64,000 nucleotides of DNA from an archaeon (GCA_024278335.1 JAJRTJ010000003.1:101297-165296); one strand, 5' to 3'. Positions 8,748-17,090 are shown, numbered from the stretch's first letter. Notes: generated by a model not told the origin, from the letters alone. Program-made: numbers and translations.

Positions 8748-9740
8748 TTATTTTTCTAATTTGAATATCTTTTCATATTGGTTTGCCCAATAGCTAATTA
8801 TTATATCTGCTCCTGCCCTGTTAAGTGCGATTAAAGATTCTTTAACTAATCCGTCTAATTCTGCAAATCCTTTTTCAATCATTCCATAAATCATTGCATA
8901 CTCTCCACTAACATTATAAGTTGCAATTGGCAAGTTTGTTCTCCTTCTGATTTCTGCAAGAATATCTAAATAAAATAAACCGGGTTTAACCATTAAGATA
9001 TCTGCCCCTTCTTTTTCATCTAACAAAGATTCTCGAATTGCTAGATTTTTATTTTGATGAGAGGTTAAATATTCTTTATGGGTCTTAGAAAAATCTAATC
9101 TAGGGAGAGGAAAAACCCTACAACAGTGTGTATCAAATTTGGTCGAATAACTCATTAAAATTACTTTTTTGTATCCATTTTTATCTAAAATCTTTCTTAG
9201 TTCTTTTACTTGCCCATCAATCATTCCACAAGGTGCAACTCCGCTTGCTCCAGCTTTTGCATAAGACAATGCGACTTTTTTAATAATTTCTAAACTTATA
9301 TCATTATCAAAATTCCCCTTTTCATCAGTTATGTGTGAATGCCCAGTTTTTGTGTATCCAGTAAGTCCAACATCTGCAAAGATTACTAAATCTGGAAATT
9401 CTTGTTTGATCTTTTTTATTGCTCTTTGAACTAATCCATTTTCATTATAAGAATATTCTGCGTTATTGCTTCTTAGTTTGTCCTCAATTACTCCAAATAT
9501 CAAAATACTCTTCACTCCCTGTTCAAATACTTTTTTAATATCTTGGCAAACTTGGTCAACACTATAATAAAATTGTCCAGGTAAGGTTTTCACTGGCTCT
9601 TTTAATCCAATTCCTTCTTTAATAAAAACCGGCCACATGAATTTTTCTGGTCTGGGAATCGGATTATTAAGCATTTTTCTAATTCCTTCATTCTGCCTTA
9701 ATCTGTTTAATCTCACATTGGGATAAATTTCAGTTTCCAT
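8748..9740 (-). CDS. hemB: Porphobilinogen synthase (delta-aminolevulinate dehydratase)
   Basis: RLRQNEGIRKML near the N-terminus. ILMVKPGLFYLDIL carries the Schiff-base lysine region. 330 aa. Confidence 0.8.
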   Translation of the reverse strand: METEIYPNVRLNRLRQNEGIRKMLNNPIPRPEKFMWPVFIKEGIGLKEPVKTLPGQFYYSVDQVCQDIKKVFEQGVKSILIFGVIEDKLRSNNAEYSYNENGLVQRAIKKIKQEFPDLVIFADVGLTGYTKTGHSHITDEKGNFDNDISLEIIKKVALSYAKAGASGVAPCGMIDGQVKELRKILDKNGYKKVILMSYSTKFDTHCCRVFPLPRLDFSKTHKEYLTSHQNKNLAIRESLLDEKEGADILMVKPGLFYLDILAEIRRRTNLPIATYNVSGEYAMIYGMIEKGFAELDGLVKESLIALNRAGADIIISYWANQYEKIFKLEK

Positions 9741-10557
9741 TTTTTTCCTTTGGTGTTAAAACCCAGTGTTTAAATTGTTTGAGTGTTCTTTTTCCAAGTT
9801 CATCTAACTCTGGAGTTTCTAGATCGGTTGGAGCAGGAATCCTTTCGACTTTAAATCCGTAATTTCTTAATTCGTTTTCTAACGATTTTTGAGAAATGTG
9901 TTGTAAAAGTTGGGAATTTCCGCTTTTTTGCACCATCATTTCAGACATGGCTCTAATTTCTTGATTTTGAGCAAACTCTGTATGGAAGGTGAGAGAATCT
10001 TCAAAAAACCACAATCCCCCTGTTCGGTTGAGAATTCTTTTTATTTGCACTGCTAAAAATGCCCTTTGTTCGGGATCAGTATATTGCATAAATCCTTCTC
10101 CAAAAATTGTAGTCGGCGTTCCTATTAATTTTGATTCGATGCTTTTCCAAGTATCTTCTTTAAAAATATCTCCCCCAACATAATAGACTTTTAAGTCAGG
10201 AGCTATTTTTTTAATAATTCTTTCCTTATTTTGACTATTCCTTGGCAGGTCTACTTCAATGTAATTCTCAACATTAGCCTGCAGATTTAATGCATGGGGA
10301 GAAAAACCAGCTCCTAATTCAATTACTTGTTTTATTCCTTTTTCTTGAATTAATCTTTCAGAACCTTTATACCTCGATTCTACAAAATAGGCCTTTCCCG
10401 TGCTTTTTCTTCCTACAAAATCCTTTGCCATTAAGTAAATTTCCCTAAGCACTTTTTTAGCATTAGGAATGCCTGTTTTCCCAAATACCATGTCTACGAC
10501 TGTCTTGTAAGCAGTATTTCTTATGTCTCCTTTGGTTTCTTGTTTTTCTTTTATCAT
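9730..10557 (-). CDS. Class I SAM-dependent methyltransferase
   Basis: VIELGAGFSPHAL glycine-rich SAM motif followed by an acidic EVDL strand. Its 3' end overlaps the hemB start by 11 nt. Confidence 0.55.
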   Translation of the reverse strand: MIKEKQETKGDIRNTAYKTVVDMVFGKTGIPNAKKVLREIYLMAKDFVGRKSTGKAYFVESRYKGSERLIQEKGIKQVIELGAGFSPHALNLQANVENYIEVDLPRNSQNKERIIKKIAPDLKVYYVGGDIFKEDTWKSIESKLIGTPTTIFGEGFMQYTDPEQRAFLAVQIKRILNRTGGLWFFEDSLTFHTEFAQNQEIRAMSEMMVQKSGNSQLLQHISQKSLENELRNYGFKVERIPAPTDLETPELDELGKRTLKQFKHWVLTPKEKNGN

Positions 10558-10656
10558 CTTGTAATAGTAACTATAAAATATCCTATAAATATATTTGTCG
10601 TAGGATTATTACTTCAAAATAGAAAGATATTTAAGGAAAGTTTTTGTATATGGATT

Positions 10657-11391
10657 ATGGAGAATAAAACAGCTTTGCTGGAGTGGGGGTTGAATGAAAG
10701 AGAAGCAGAATGTTATTTATCTGTTTTGAGAAATGGGCTTAGTTCTGCGAATGATGTTTCAAAAGCAACAGGAATTTTAAGACAAACGGTCTATGAAATA
10801 ATTGATAAATTGCAGCAAAAAGGATTAATTAGTCAAATTGTTAGAGATAATAAAAACTATTTTGAGGCTGCATCTCCTGAAAAATTTAAGTCCATTTTGG
10901 AAGAGAAAGAAAAAATAATTGATTCTGTTTTGCCCTCTCTTGAATCATTACAAAAACTTGCTAAATCTCATTCCAAAGCTCAAGTTTTCGTTGGAGTTAA
11001 GGGGATGAGAGCTTTAATTACAGATCCGCTTTCTTCTAAAACTGAAATAAAAAGTATCCAGCCAATTTTTGGGGAAGAGTATATGAAAGAATATTTTATT
11101 GAGAATTTTTTAAGAAAACGAATTGAAAAAAAAATTCCAATTAAGATTTTACGAGAAGAGACAAAAACAGGGTTTCAAAAACATACAATTAAAACAGACA
11201 TGAAAGAGTTCCGTGAAATCAAGTTGTTAAAAGAGCTTACAGGAATAAAGGCACATTTTTTTCAGTATGATAATAAATTAGTAATTGCAGTTTATAATGA
11301 TAACCCAATTGGAATTATAATTGAAGACGAGTGGATTGCAGAATCTTTTTCTATGATTTATAATATTTTATGGAAAATAGCCAAGCATTAA
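10657..11391 (+). CDS. TrmB-family transcriptional regulator
   Basis: N-terminal wHTH LNEREAECYLSVLRNGLSSANDVSKATGILRQTVYEIIDKLQQKGLI. Start moved to the internal ATG. Confidence 0.65.
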   Translation: MENKTALLEWGLNEREAECYLSVLRNGLSSANDVSKATGILRQTVYEIIDKLQQKGLISQIVRDNKNYFEAASPEKFKSILEEKEKIIDSVLPSLESLQKLAKSHSKAQVFVGVKGMRALITDPLSSKTEIKSIQPIFGEEYMKEYFIENFLRKRIEKKIPIKILREETKTGFQKHTIKTDMKEFREIKLLKELTGIKAHFFQYDNKLVIAVYNDNPIGIIIEDEWIAESFSMIYNILWKIAKH

Positions 11392-11678
11392 TTCAATCTA
11401 TTTTAGTATATTTTAAAAAGTGATAAAAACAACAATTTAATCTATCTCTAAAATCTCCATAATCTTTAAATAGAAATAGTTCTTTGTATTTTCATAATAT
11501 TAATTTACTTGGCGGTTGATTAATATTATGCTGGAAGTATTAAAAGAGGTGATCCTCTTTTTGAATTTGTAATTCTATACTGGGAAGTGGAATAACTATA
11601 TAAATATTTCGCTTCCAGAAATAGGGCTTTGCCTTTGGCAGAGAATACAAAGGTGAAAGGAGGTTAAAAAGACGTGAG

Positions 11679-12761
11679 ATGGTTTTAGATTTTGCAAAAG
11701 AAGCGATTAGTAATGCAGAAAGCCATAGCATTAATTTTGATGAACTAAGGGCTGGAAAAGCTAATATCAAAGTTATTGGATGTGGCGGATGCGGGGGAAA
11801 CATGGTTACCTGGCTTTTCAATAAGGGAATTAATGGAGCCACGGTTTATTCTGCAAATACTGATGCTTTGCATTTGAGTGTTACTAAAGCTGATGAAAAG
11901 ATTCTTGTAGGAAAGGAATTGACAAGGGGCCTTGGATGCGGTGGAAAGCCTGCAAAAGGGCGAGAAGCTGCAAAAGAGTCTATCTCAGAACTTAAGAAAG
12001 CTGTTGCAGGAGCAGACATGGTTTTTGTGCTTGCTGGAATGGGCGGAGGTTCTGGAACAGGGATGGCTCCAGTTGTTGCTCAGCTTGCTAAAGAAGCAGG
12101 AGCAGTGGTTATTGGAGTTGTGACTATGCCTTTTGAATCTGAAAAAGCAAGACTGGATAAAGCAGAGTTTGGACTGCAAGAATTGAGAGAAGTTACTGAT
12201 ACCACTATTGTTCTTGACAATGGACGGCTTGTAGATATTGCAGGACAACTGCCTATTGAACAAGCTTTTGCTGTTGCAAATGAGCTGGTTTCTACTATGA
12301 TTAAAGGAATTGTTGAAACAATTACTCTTCCGAGTTTAATAAACTTGGATTATGCAGATGTTTCAGCGATTATGAGAAACGGCGGAGTTGCAGTTATTAG
12401 TATTGGAGAATCTGATTCTCAGTCAGACAAGGTCAATGAAGCAGTTAAGCAAGCCCTGACTCATCCTCTACTTGATGTGGATTATCAAGGTGCTAGCGGA
12501 GCTTTAATTCATGTAACTTGTGGTTCTGATTTGAAATTAGAAGAGTTTGATATTATCGGTCGACTTGTTTCTGAAAATTTGAGCCCTGAAGCTCAGGTTA
12601 TTATTGGAGCAAGAATCAGCAAGGATTTTACTGGGAAGGTAAGGGTTATTACAATTCTTACTGGAGTCAAATCTCCTTATGTATTGGGAAAATCCAGTGC
12701 AGAAGAAGAAATGGTTCCAGCTTCTCAGGAAATTTCAGATTTAGGAATTGATGTTTTTTAA
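11679..12761 (+). CDS. ftsZ: Cell division GTPase FtsZ
   Basis: GCGGCGGNMV, tubulin signature GMGGGSGTGMAPVVA, NTDALHL, and T7-loop NLDYADV. GGAGGT lies upstream. Confidence 0.85.
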   Translation: MVLDFAKEAISNAESHSINFDELRAGKANIKVIGCGGCGGNMVTWLFNKGINGATVYSANTDALHLSVTKADEKILVGKELTRGLGCGGKPAKGREAAKESISELKKAVAGADMVFVLAGMGGGSGTGMAPVVAQLAKEAGAVVIGVVTMPFESEKARLDKAEFGLQELREVTDTTIVLDNGRLVDIAGQLPIEQAFAVANELVSTMIKGIVETITLPSLINLDYADVSAIMRNGGVAVISIGESDSQSDKVNEAVKQALTHPLLDVDYQGASGALIHVTCGSDLKLEEFDIIGRLVSENLSPEAQVIIGARISKDFTGKVRVITILTGVKSPYVLGKSSAEEEMVPASQEISDLGIDVF

Positions 12762-12773
12762 TTTTTGAGAAAG

Positions 12774-12807
12774 GGTCGCTCTTTTGGGCGGCCTTTTTTA
12801 TTTTTTT
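12774..12807. terminator. Hairpin plus oligo-T between convergent ftsZ and the nitroreductase gene
   Basis: GGTCGC/GCGGCC stem (one G-U pair) with an 8-nt loop, followed by T6 A T7. Confidence 0.4.
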
Positions 12808-12835
12808 AAGGGGTTTTTTGAGGGAGTTTTATTTT

Positions 12836-13393
12836 TTAAGCCAACCCTGTTTTTATTTTGTTCATTTTTTTATTTTTGTATTTGTTAAAATAGAGAATAT
12901 TGTATAGGTTGCATTTCTTTTTTGGTTTTGCTTTTATTTTATGTTCATATCCAATTGGAAAAATTGCCTCTACTTCTATTTTTGAAGAAATTCCAAGTGC
13001 TTTTTTCATTTCAGTGTTTTCAAAATGCCCTATCCAGCAGGTTGCAAGACCTTTTTCAGTTATTTTTAAGAGAAAGTTTTGAATTGCTGCTCCTGCTTGT
13101 TGCCTTAGATAATCATACCCTCTTTCTCCATAATACCTTGTTGTTTGTGTAGGATTAGAGCAAAATACAACTAAATATTTTGCCTGCTTGATGAAATCTT
13201 GTGCTGCTGCTTCTGCAACTCTGCTTATTGTTTCTGGATTATCTACTAATATGAACTGAAGAGAAAAAATATTTCCTGCCATTGGAGCATATCTTGCAGA
13301 ATCAATACATTCAATGATTGTCCTCCAATCTGGCTTTTTATCAGAAAATCTCCTGACACTATGTCTTTTTTGAATTGCTTCATCAAGTTTCAT
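12836..13393 (-). CDS. Nitroreductase-family oxidoreductase
   Basis: RHSVRRFSDK N-terminal motif and overall nitroreductase-like layout. Confidence 0.7.
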   Translation of the reverse strand: MKLDEAIQKRHSVRRFSDKKPDWRTIIECIDSARYAPMAGNIFSLQFILVDNPETISRVAEAAAQDFIKQAKYLVVFCSNPTQTTRYYGERGYDYLRQQAGAAIQNFLLKITEKGLATCWIGHFENTEMKKALGISSKIEVEAIFPIGYEHKIKAKPKKKCNLYNILYFNKYKNKKMNKIKTGLA

Positions 13394-13473
13394 GTTTTAA
13401 AAAAGAAAATAGTGTTAATAAAGTTTATGAAATTTTCAGATTAAAAGTTTTGTTCTTGTCCAGAAATAACTTG

Positions 13474-13498
13474 ATGAGGACGTCTCGGACTGGACTCG
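13474..13498 (-). repeat. 25-bp exact copy of the 3' end of tRNA-Asn plus 7 nt of its trailer
   Basis: ATGAGGACGTCTCGGACTGGACTCG at 13474-13498 equals 13544-13568. Confidence 0.9.
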
Positions 13499-13550
13499 GT
13501 ATGAAGTCTCGGGATTAAAATCCCTCGGCGAGCCACTCCGAAAATGAGGA

Positions 13551-13623
13551 CGTCTCGGACTGGACTCGAACCAGCGACCTAACGGTTAACAGCCGTTCGC
13601 TCTACCAACTGAGCTACCGAGAC
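13551..13623 (-). tRNA. tRNA-Asn (anticodon GUU)
   Basis: Hand-folded cloverleaf GTCTCGG/TA/GCTC-AGTTGGTA-GAGC/G/AACGG-CTGTTAA-CCGTT/AGGTC/GCTGG-TTCGAGT-CCAGT/CCGAGAC/G. No encoded CCA. T4 follows. Confidence 0.9.
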
Positions 13624-13631
13624 ATCTCTAT

Positions 13632-13687
13632 TCAGCTGGTTCAAGCCAGAATCTCGTAGAGATTTTCTGAGCATACCAACTGAGCTA
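13632..13687 (-). other. tRNA-Asn D-arm fragment (13673-13687) plus conserved 41-nt module (13632-13672) upstream of tRNA-Asn
   Basis: The minus strand reads TAGCTCAGTTGGTAT then GCTCAGAAAATCTCTACGAGATTCTGGCTTGAACCAGCTGA. The module is 38/42 identical to 54455-54496. Confidence 0.8.
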
Positions 13688-13710
13688 TAAAAAGATTAGA
13701 ATAAATTTGC

Positions 13711-13718
13711 TTTTAAAA
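13711..13718 (-). promoter_or_regulatory. TATA-like octamer TTTTAAAA
   Basis: Lies 23 nt upstream of the tRNA fragment at 13687, the same spacing as TTTTAAAT to +1 of tRNA-Ile. Confidence 0.4.
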
Positions 13719-13719
13719 C

Positions 13720-14232
13720 TTATTGTTGTCCCTTATCTTTTAATCCAAAATCACTAATTGGCTGGGGTTTGTGCTTTTCTAACCCCTTGTAAACATGGCT
13801 GTGGTGAGTTCCTTTTATAATTGAAACAATTCCTTCAATTGCGTTTTCAATATTTTCTGGGTCTCCAATAATTCCAACTTCGTTGTTTTTTAATTCAAAA
13901 CAGCATTCAGTTAATTGAGAAAAGGTTTTCAAGGCCTTTCCTCTTTTGCCGATTATTCTTGCCCTAATTGTTCTAAGGTCTTTTCTTTTTGTATAGTTCT
14001 TGATTTTTAAAACATCAAATTCTTTTTCTTCTGTTTTTATTTTAATCGCCTCTTTAATTGGAAAGCCCATGTTTATTGCTTCAATTACCTTTTCTGCAAT
14101 GTATTCATTTTCTGCAGAGCCAGATATCTCTATTTTTTTGCCCTTAAAGATTATTTTAACTTTAAGAAGCTCTTCTAATTTTTTTCTTGCTTTTATTATA
14201 CGCACTATTTTTTCAGAATAAATTGTTTTCAT
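13720..14232 (-). CDS. KH-domain RNA-binding protein (Pno1/Dim2-like)
   Basis: Two KH-like units, including IIGKRGKALKTFSQLT (GxxG-type loop). Confidence 0.6.
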   Translation of the reverse strand: MKTIYSEKIVRIIKARKKLEELLKVKIIFKGKKIEISGSAENEYIAEKVIEAINMGFPIKEAIKIKTEEKEFDVLKIKNYTKRKDLRTIRARIIGKRGKALKTFSQLTECCFELKNNEVGIIGDPENIENAIEGIVSIIKGTHHSHVYKGLEKHKPQPISDFGLKDKGQQ

Positions 14233-14256
14233 GTGATTATTAAATAAAACTTATTA

Positions 14257-14904
14257 TTAAGGTTTTTGATTATTGGAAAATTCTAAAACTTTTTTCATAA
14301 TTTTCCTTGTTAATTTAATCCGTTTTTTTAAGTTTCTTTTTCCAGAGGTTTCTGTTGCCATCACATATCTTGCCTCCTTTTTGTATAACTTTTCTTCAAA
14401 TCCCTTATCAGAAATGTTTGAGATAATTCCTTTTTCTGCATCTGCCCCATATATTTTTTTGTCTGATTTTATTGGGATGTCTTTTTTTGCTAATTTGATT
14501 ATCTCTCCATATATTTTTTCTTTTTTCTTTTCAAGGCAATAAAGATAAAATTTTGTTTCATCTACATCTTCATACAGTGAGTGGGAGAAAATTATTGTTT
14601 CTTTTTTTACTGAGTTGTATAAAATTTTGTTTTCATTTTTTAATGGCTTGTCAAAGAAGTGGCGGTTTATATCTTGGTTTAAAGAATTTCTTCGTTTATT
14701 TTTTTCAAATCCTGCCGGATTTACAAGCGGAAGAGTTATTATTTTTATTTTAGAGTATTTTTGTAAATCTGTCTTTTTTAAAAATTCTAAAATTGAATAA
14801 GGTCCGGCTTTTTTATAACCATGAATCCCCGCACAGAATAAAGCTGATTTTTTCTTTTTTGGATTAATAATTATTTTATAAAGAGAATAATTTTCTTTTT
14901 TTTC
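14257..14904 (-). CDS. M14 / succinylglutamate desuccinylase-aspartoacylase-like protein lacking a canonical start codon
   Basis: My own minus-strand translation gives a 215-codon open frame (..LFCAGIHGYKKAGPY..LVNPAGFEKNKRRNSLNQDINRHF..IIFSHSLYED..). There is no ATG, GTG or TTG until about 35 codons from the end, which explains its absence from the track. Confidence 0.5.
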   Translation of the reverse strand, partial: EKKENYSLYKIIINPKKKKSALFCAGIHGYKKAGPYSILEFLKKTDLQKYSKIKIITLPLVNPAGFEKNKRRNSLNQDINRHFFDKPLKNENKILYNSVKKETIIFSHSLYEDVDETKFYLYCLEKKKEKIYGEIIKLAKKDIPIKSDKKIYGADAEKGIISNISDKGFEEKLYKKEARYVMATETSGKRNLKKRIKLTRKIMKKVLEFSNNQKP

Positions 14905-14976
14905 CTATTTCTTTTATTAAGTATTGTTTTTTCTTACATATCTTTTTTATCTCTGAAATATATGTTTTATAATTCA

Positions 14977-15321
14977 TTAAAATTCATTTTGCTCTTGTTC
15001 AAGAAAGCCGTTTTTTCTCAGCCATGCTATTTGGTTTGGGCGATATTTAAAAATAATGTCTCCTCTTGTTTCTGCATCCAGCTCCCATGGCTCTATAATA
15101 ACTACATCTCCTGGCCTGAGCCACAATTTTCTCTTTAATCTTCCAGGAACTCTGCAATTTCTTTGTTTTCCGTCAAGACAAGAAACTTTCATTTTATTCC
15201 CCCCGTGTCTTTCTTCAATAATTCCTAAAACTTCTTTTCCCTTTGGAAGCCGAACTCTTGTGACAACTTTTGGAGCTGCAGCTCTTCTTTCTTCATCTTG
15301 TTTTTTTCCAGATTTTGCCAT
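14977..15321 (-). CDS. eif1a: Translation initiation factor aIF-1A
   Basis: S1/OB core GKEVLGIIEERHGGNKMKVSCLDGKQRNCRVPGRLKRKLWLRPGDVVIIEPW. Confidence 0.85.
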   Translation of the reverse strand: MAKSGKKQDEERRAAAPKVVTRVRLPKGKEVLGIIEERHGGNKMKVSCLDGKQRNCRVPGRLKRKLWLRPGDVVIIEPWELDAETRGDIIFKYRPNQIAWLRKNGFLEQEQNEF

Positions 15322-15413
15322 TTTAATAAATAAAGAAAATACTTTATAAGAGTTTGTATGAATTATGCTGTAAAATTAAAGTCGCCTAAAGTAGGGATAA
15401 GGACTACTGGTTT

Positions 15414-15596
15414 TTAGCTTTCTTTAATTTTCCTTTCTAGTCCTTTTTTAAGAGAATTTCTCTTTCTTGTTTGGCAGTGTTCTATTTCTTTTTTAATTAT
15501 CCATGAAAGAAATGTTGAAGAGGAAACTATTGCTGTTGCCAAGGCATAGGCTGCAGCATACTCAATTGAATTAATTACTTTTTTGTAAAAGTTCAT
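15414..15596 (-). CDS. Small membrane protein (hypothetical)
   Basis: 60 aa with one hydrophobic helix. Its start codon lies 2 nt downstream of the stop of the upstream DUF424-like gene on the minus strand. Confidence 0.3.
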   Translation of the reverse strand: MNFYKKVINSIEYAAAYALATAIVSSSTFLSWIIKKEIEHCQTRKRNSLKKGLERKIKES

Positions 15597-15597
15597 T

Positions 15598-15897
15598 TTA
15601 AAGTAAAACTAATGCAAAAGGAATTTCTTGAATTTTTTTTATATGGCTTTTTGTTATTATCCCTGCTTTAAGTGCTATTTCAGTTGATTGCTCTCCAACA
15701 ATATTAAATGTAGCGTCCTCTTTTTTCATATCTTGCATTATTTTTCTGACTTCTTCTGGAGTTTTTTCTTCCCCTTTATAAAAAGATTCTTTGACAAACA
15801 ATTGTTTTTTCCCTTGTTCAAAGGTTTTTCCAATTAAATCAGAGTCACATATTGCAACCACATCTCTATAAGACTTGATGATATTTACAAAGACCAT
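15598..15897 (-). CDS. DUF424-like protein
   Basis: The N-terminus ..YRDVVAICDSDLIGKTF.. resembles the archaeal DUF424 family as I recall it. Confidence 0.5.
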   Translation of the reverse strand: MVFVNIIKSYRDVVAICDSDLIGKTFEQGKKQLFVKESFYKGEEKTPEEVRKIMQDMKKEDATFNIVGEQSTEIALKAGIITKSHIKKIQEIPFALVLL

Positions 15898-16234
15898 TGT
15901 GATTATTAATAAGAGGAATATTTAAATATTATTGCTACATTTTTTAATTATGAAGAGATATTTAGCAAGGGTGTATGAATTTTTTGTTGGAAGAAAGAGA
16001 GAAGGAGGTTCTGGGGGGGTTAATATTAAAGAAGAATTTTCTGTATTAATGGAGGTTAAGGAAGAAATAGAGAGGCAGATGCGTGTCCGAGATGCAGTTT
16101 ATGAGAGAACTCACAGGGGAGATTGGTTATCTAATTGTTTGAGATTAGAACTTGAAAGAGCAAGCTCGCTTTCATCTGTTGTTTCTAATTGATTTTGAAA
16201 AAAATAGAAAAGCTCTTCATTGAAGAGCGTTTAA

Positions 16235-16426
16235 TTAAAAGTTTTTTTTAGCGCCATCAGCAATAGCCTTTTCAGCATTGTCTTTTGACATCATTGCACA
16301 CATTGTGGTTCCACAATCTGGGCATTTTCCCTTTGCCATATATCCGCCTTTCGCAGTCTTATTTATTACAGGGTCTTTCATTTCTTGGTTTTTTTTCTTG
16401 CATTTTACGCAGTAAGCCGTAACCAT
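16235..16426 (-). CDS. Small zinc-ribbon protein
   Basis: CVKCKK ... CPDCG four-Cys arrangement. 63 aa. Confidence 0.5.
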   Translation of the reverse strand: MVTAYCVKCKKKNQEMKDPVINKTAKGGYMAKGKCPDCGTTMCAMMSKDNAEKAIADGAKKNF

Positions 16427-16507
16427 ATTTTTTCCTCCTTGGTTTAATTAGATTCTTTGAATCTTATTTTTCTAATGTTCTTTTCTTTTTTAAAGTTATT
16501 TATTGGA

Positions 16508-16915
16508 CTATATTTTATGAATTGGGTGCTTTGCTCCGCAAGCAAGGCAATGCAAGAAATTTATTCTTCCTTGTTTTATTATTTCAGTGTCTGGTTTTTT
16601 GCATTCTCTGCATAATACAAACTCTTGGACATACTGCTCTGTTTTTTGATTTATTTTGTCTCTTGAAACTTTTTTGTTTAAAATTAATCTTTCACCCTCA
16701 ATTTGACCTGCAGTAGCTAATCCTTTTGTCAAGAATTTCTGAAAATCTTCTGGGTTTCTTCTTATTTGAGAAACTATCTGCAGAAAATTGGTAATAATTG
16801 TTTTTTTCCCTTCATATTTTCCTTCTGCTTTTGGAATTTCAAATCTTTCGCTACTTGATTCTACTTTTTTTACTTTTTTATATGCGTCTTCAAGCAATTC
16901 TTCATAGTTTGTCAT
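16508..16915 (-). CDS. eif2b: Translation initiation factor aIF-2 beta subunit
   Basis: YEELLEDAY start, TNF..I......R.PE block, and C-terminal zinc ribbon CRECKKPDT...CLACG. Confidence 0.85.
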   Translation of the reverse strand: MTNYEELLEDAYKKVKKVESSSERFEIPKAEGKYEGKKTIITNFLQIVSQIRRNPEDFQKFLTKGLATAGQIEGERLILNKKVSRDKINQKTEQYVQEFVLCRECKKPDTEIIKQGRINFLHCLACGAKHPIHKI

Positions 16916-17090
16916 GTTTTTTTAAAAAGATAAATGCTTTTAAAGCTTGGGGTAGAAATTATTCTTCTTATGACAGGTAAATTATCATCTCTTTTATTTG
17001 CAGTTTTTTAAAAATGAAAAATCTTCCAAAATTCTTTTTGTAGAAAAAACGAAAGCATAATTTTATAAATCTAGAAGACCTTTATTTAAA

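Noticed and set aside
11540-11842. 100-aa minus-strand ORF overlapping the ftsZ start and its upstream region.
   Set aside because: It is proline/leucine-rich, runs antisense to the FtsZ glycine-rich motif, and has no supporting signals.
13526-13533. GC-rich 8-mer CGGCGAGC in the tRNA-Asn 3' spacer, with its reverse complement GCTCGCCG at 30700-30707 in the tRNA-Ile 3' spacer.
   Set aside because: Only 8 nt match, in opposite orientation relative to the tRNAs, with no flanking similarity. It is suggestive but compatible with chance.
13466-13672. C/D-box sRNA reading of the tRNA-associated sequences. The module ends in CTGA, and a TGATGA lies at 13472-13477 on the plus strand.
   Set aside because: The putative C and D boxes are on inconsistent strands or about 200 nt apart. 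Neither module copy has a C box at the expected 50-70 nt distance.
14273-14800. Three plus-strand ORFs (14273-14542, 14553-14753, 14615-14800).
   Set aside because: They are Phe/Leu/Ser-rich and mutually overlapping. The opposite strand carries a single 215-codon frame with carboxypeptidase-like motifs.
15932-16192. 86-aa ORF in the gap between the DUF424-like and zinc-ribbon genes. Similarly 61782-61976 (64 aa).
   Set aside because: No motif and no ribosome-binding or promoter signal that I could point to. They may be real, but I cannot support them from sequence alone.
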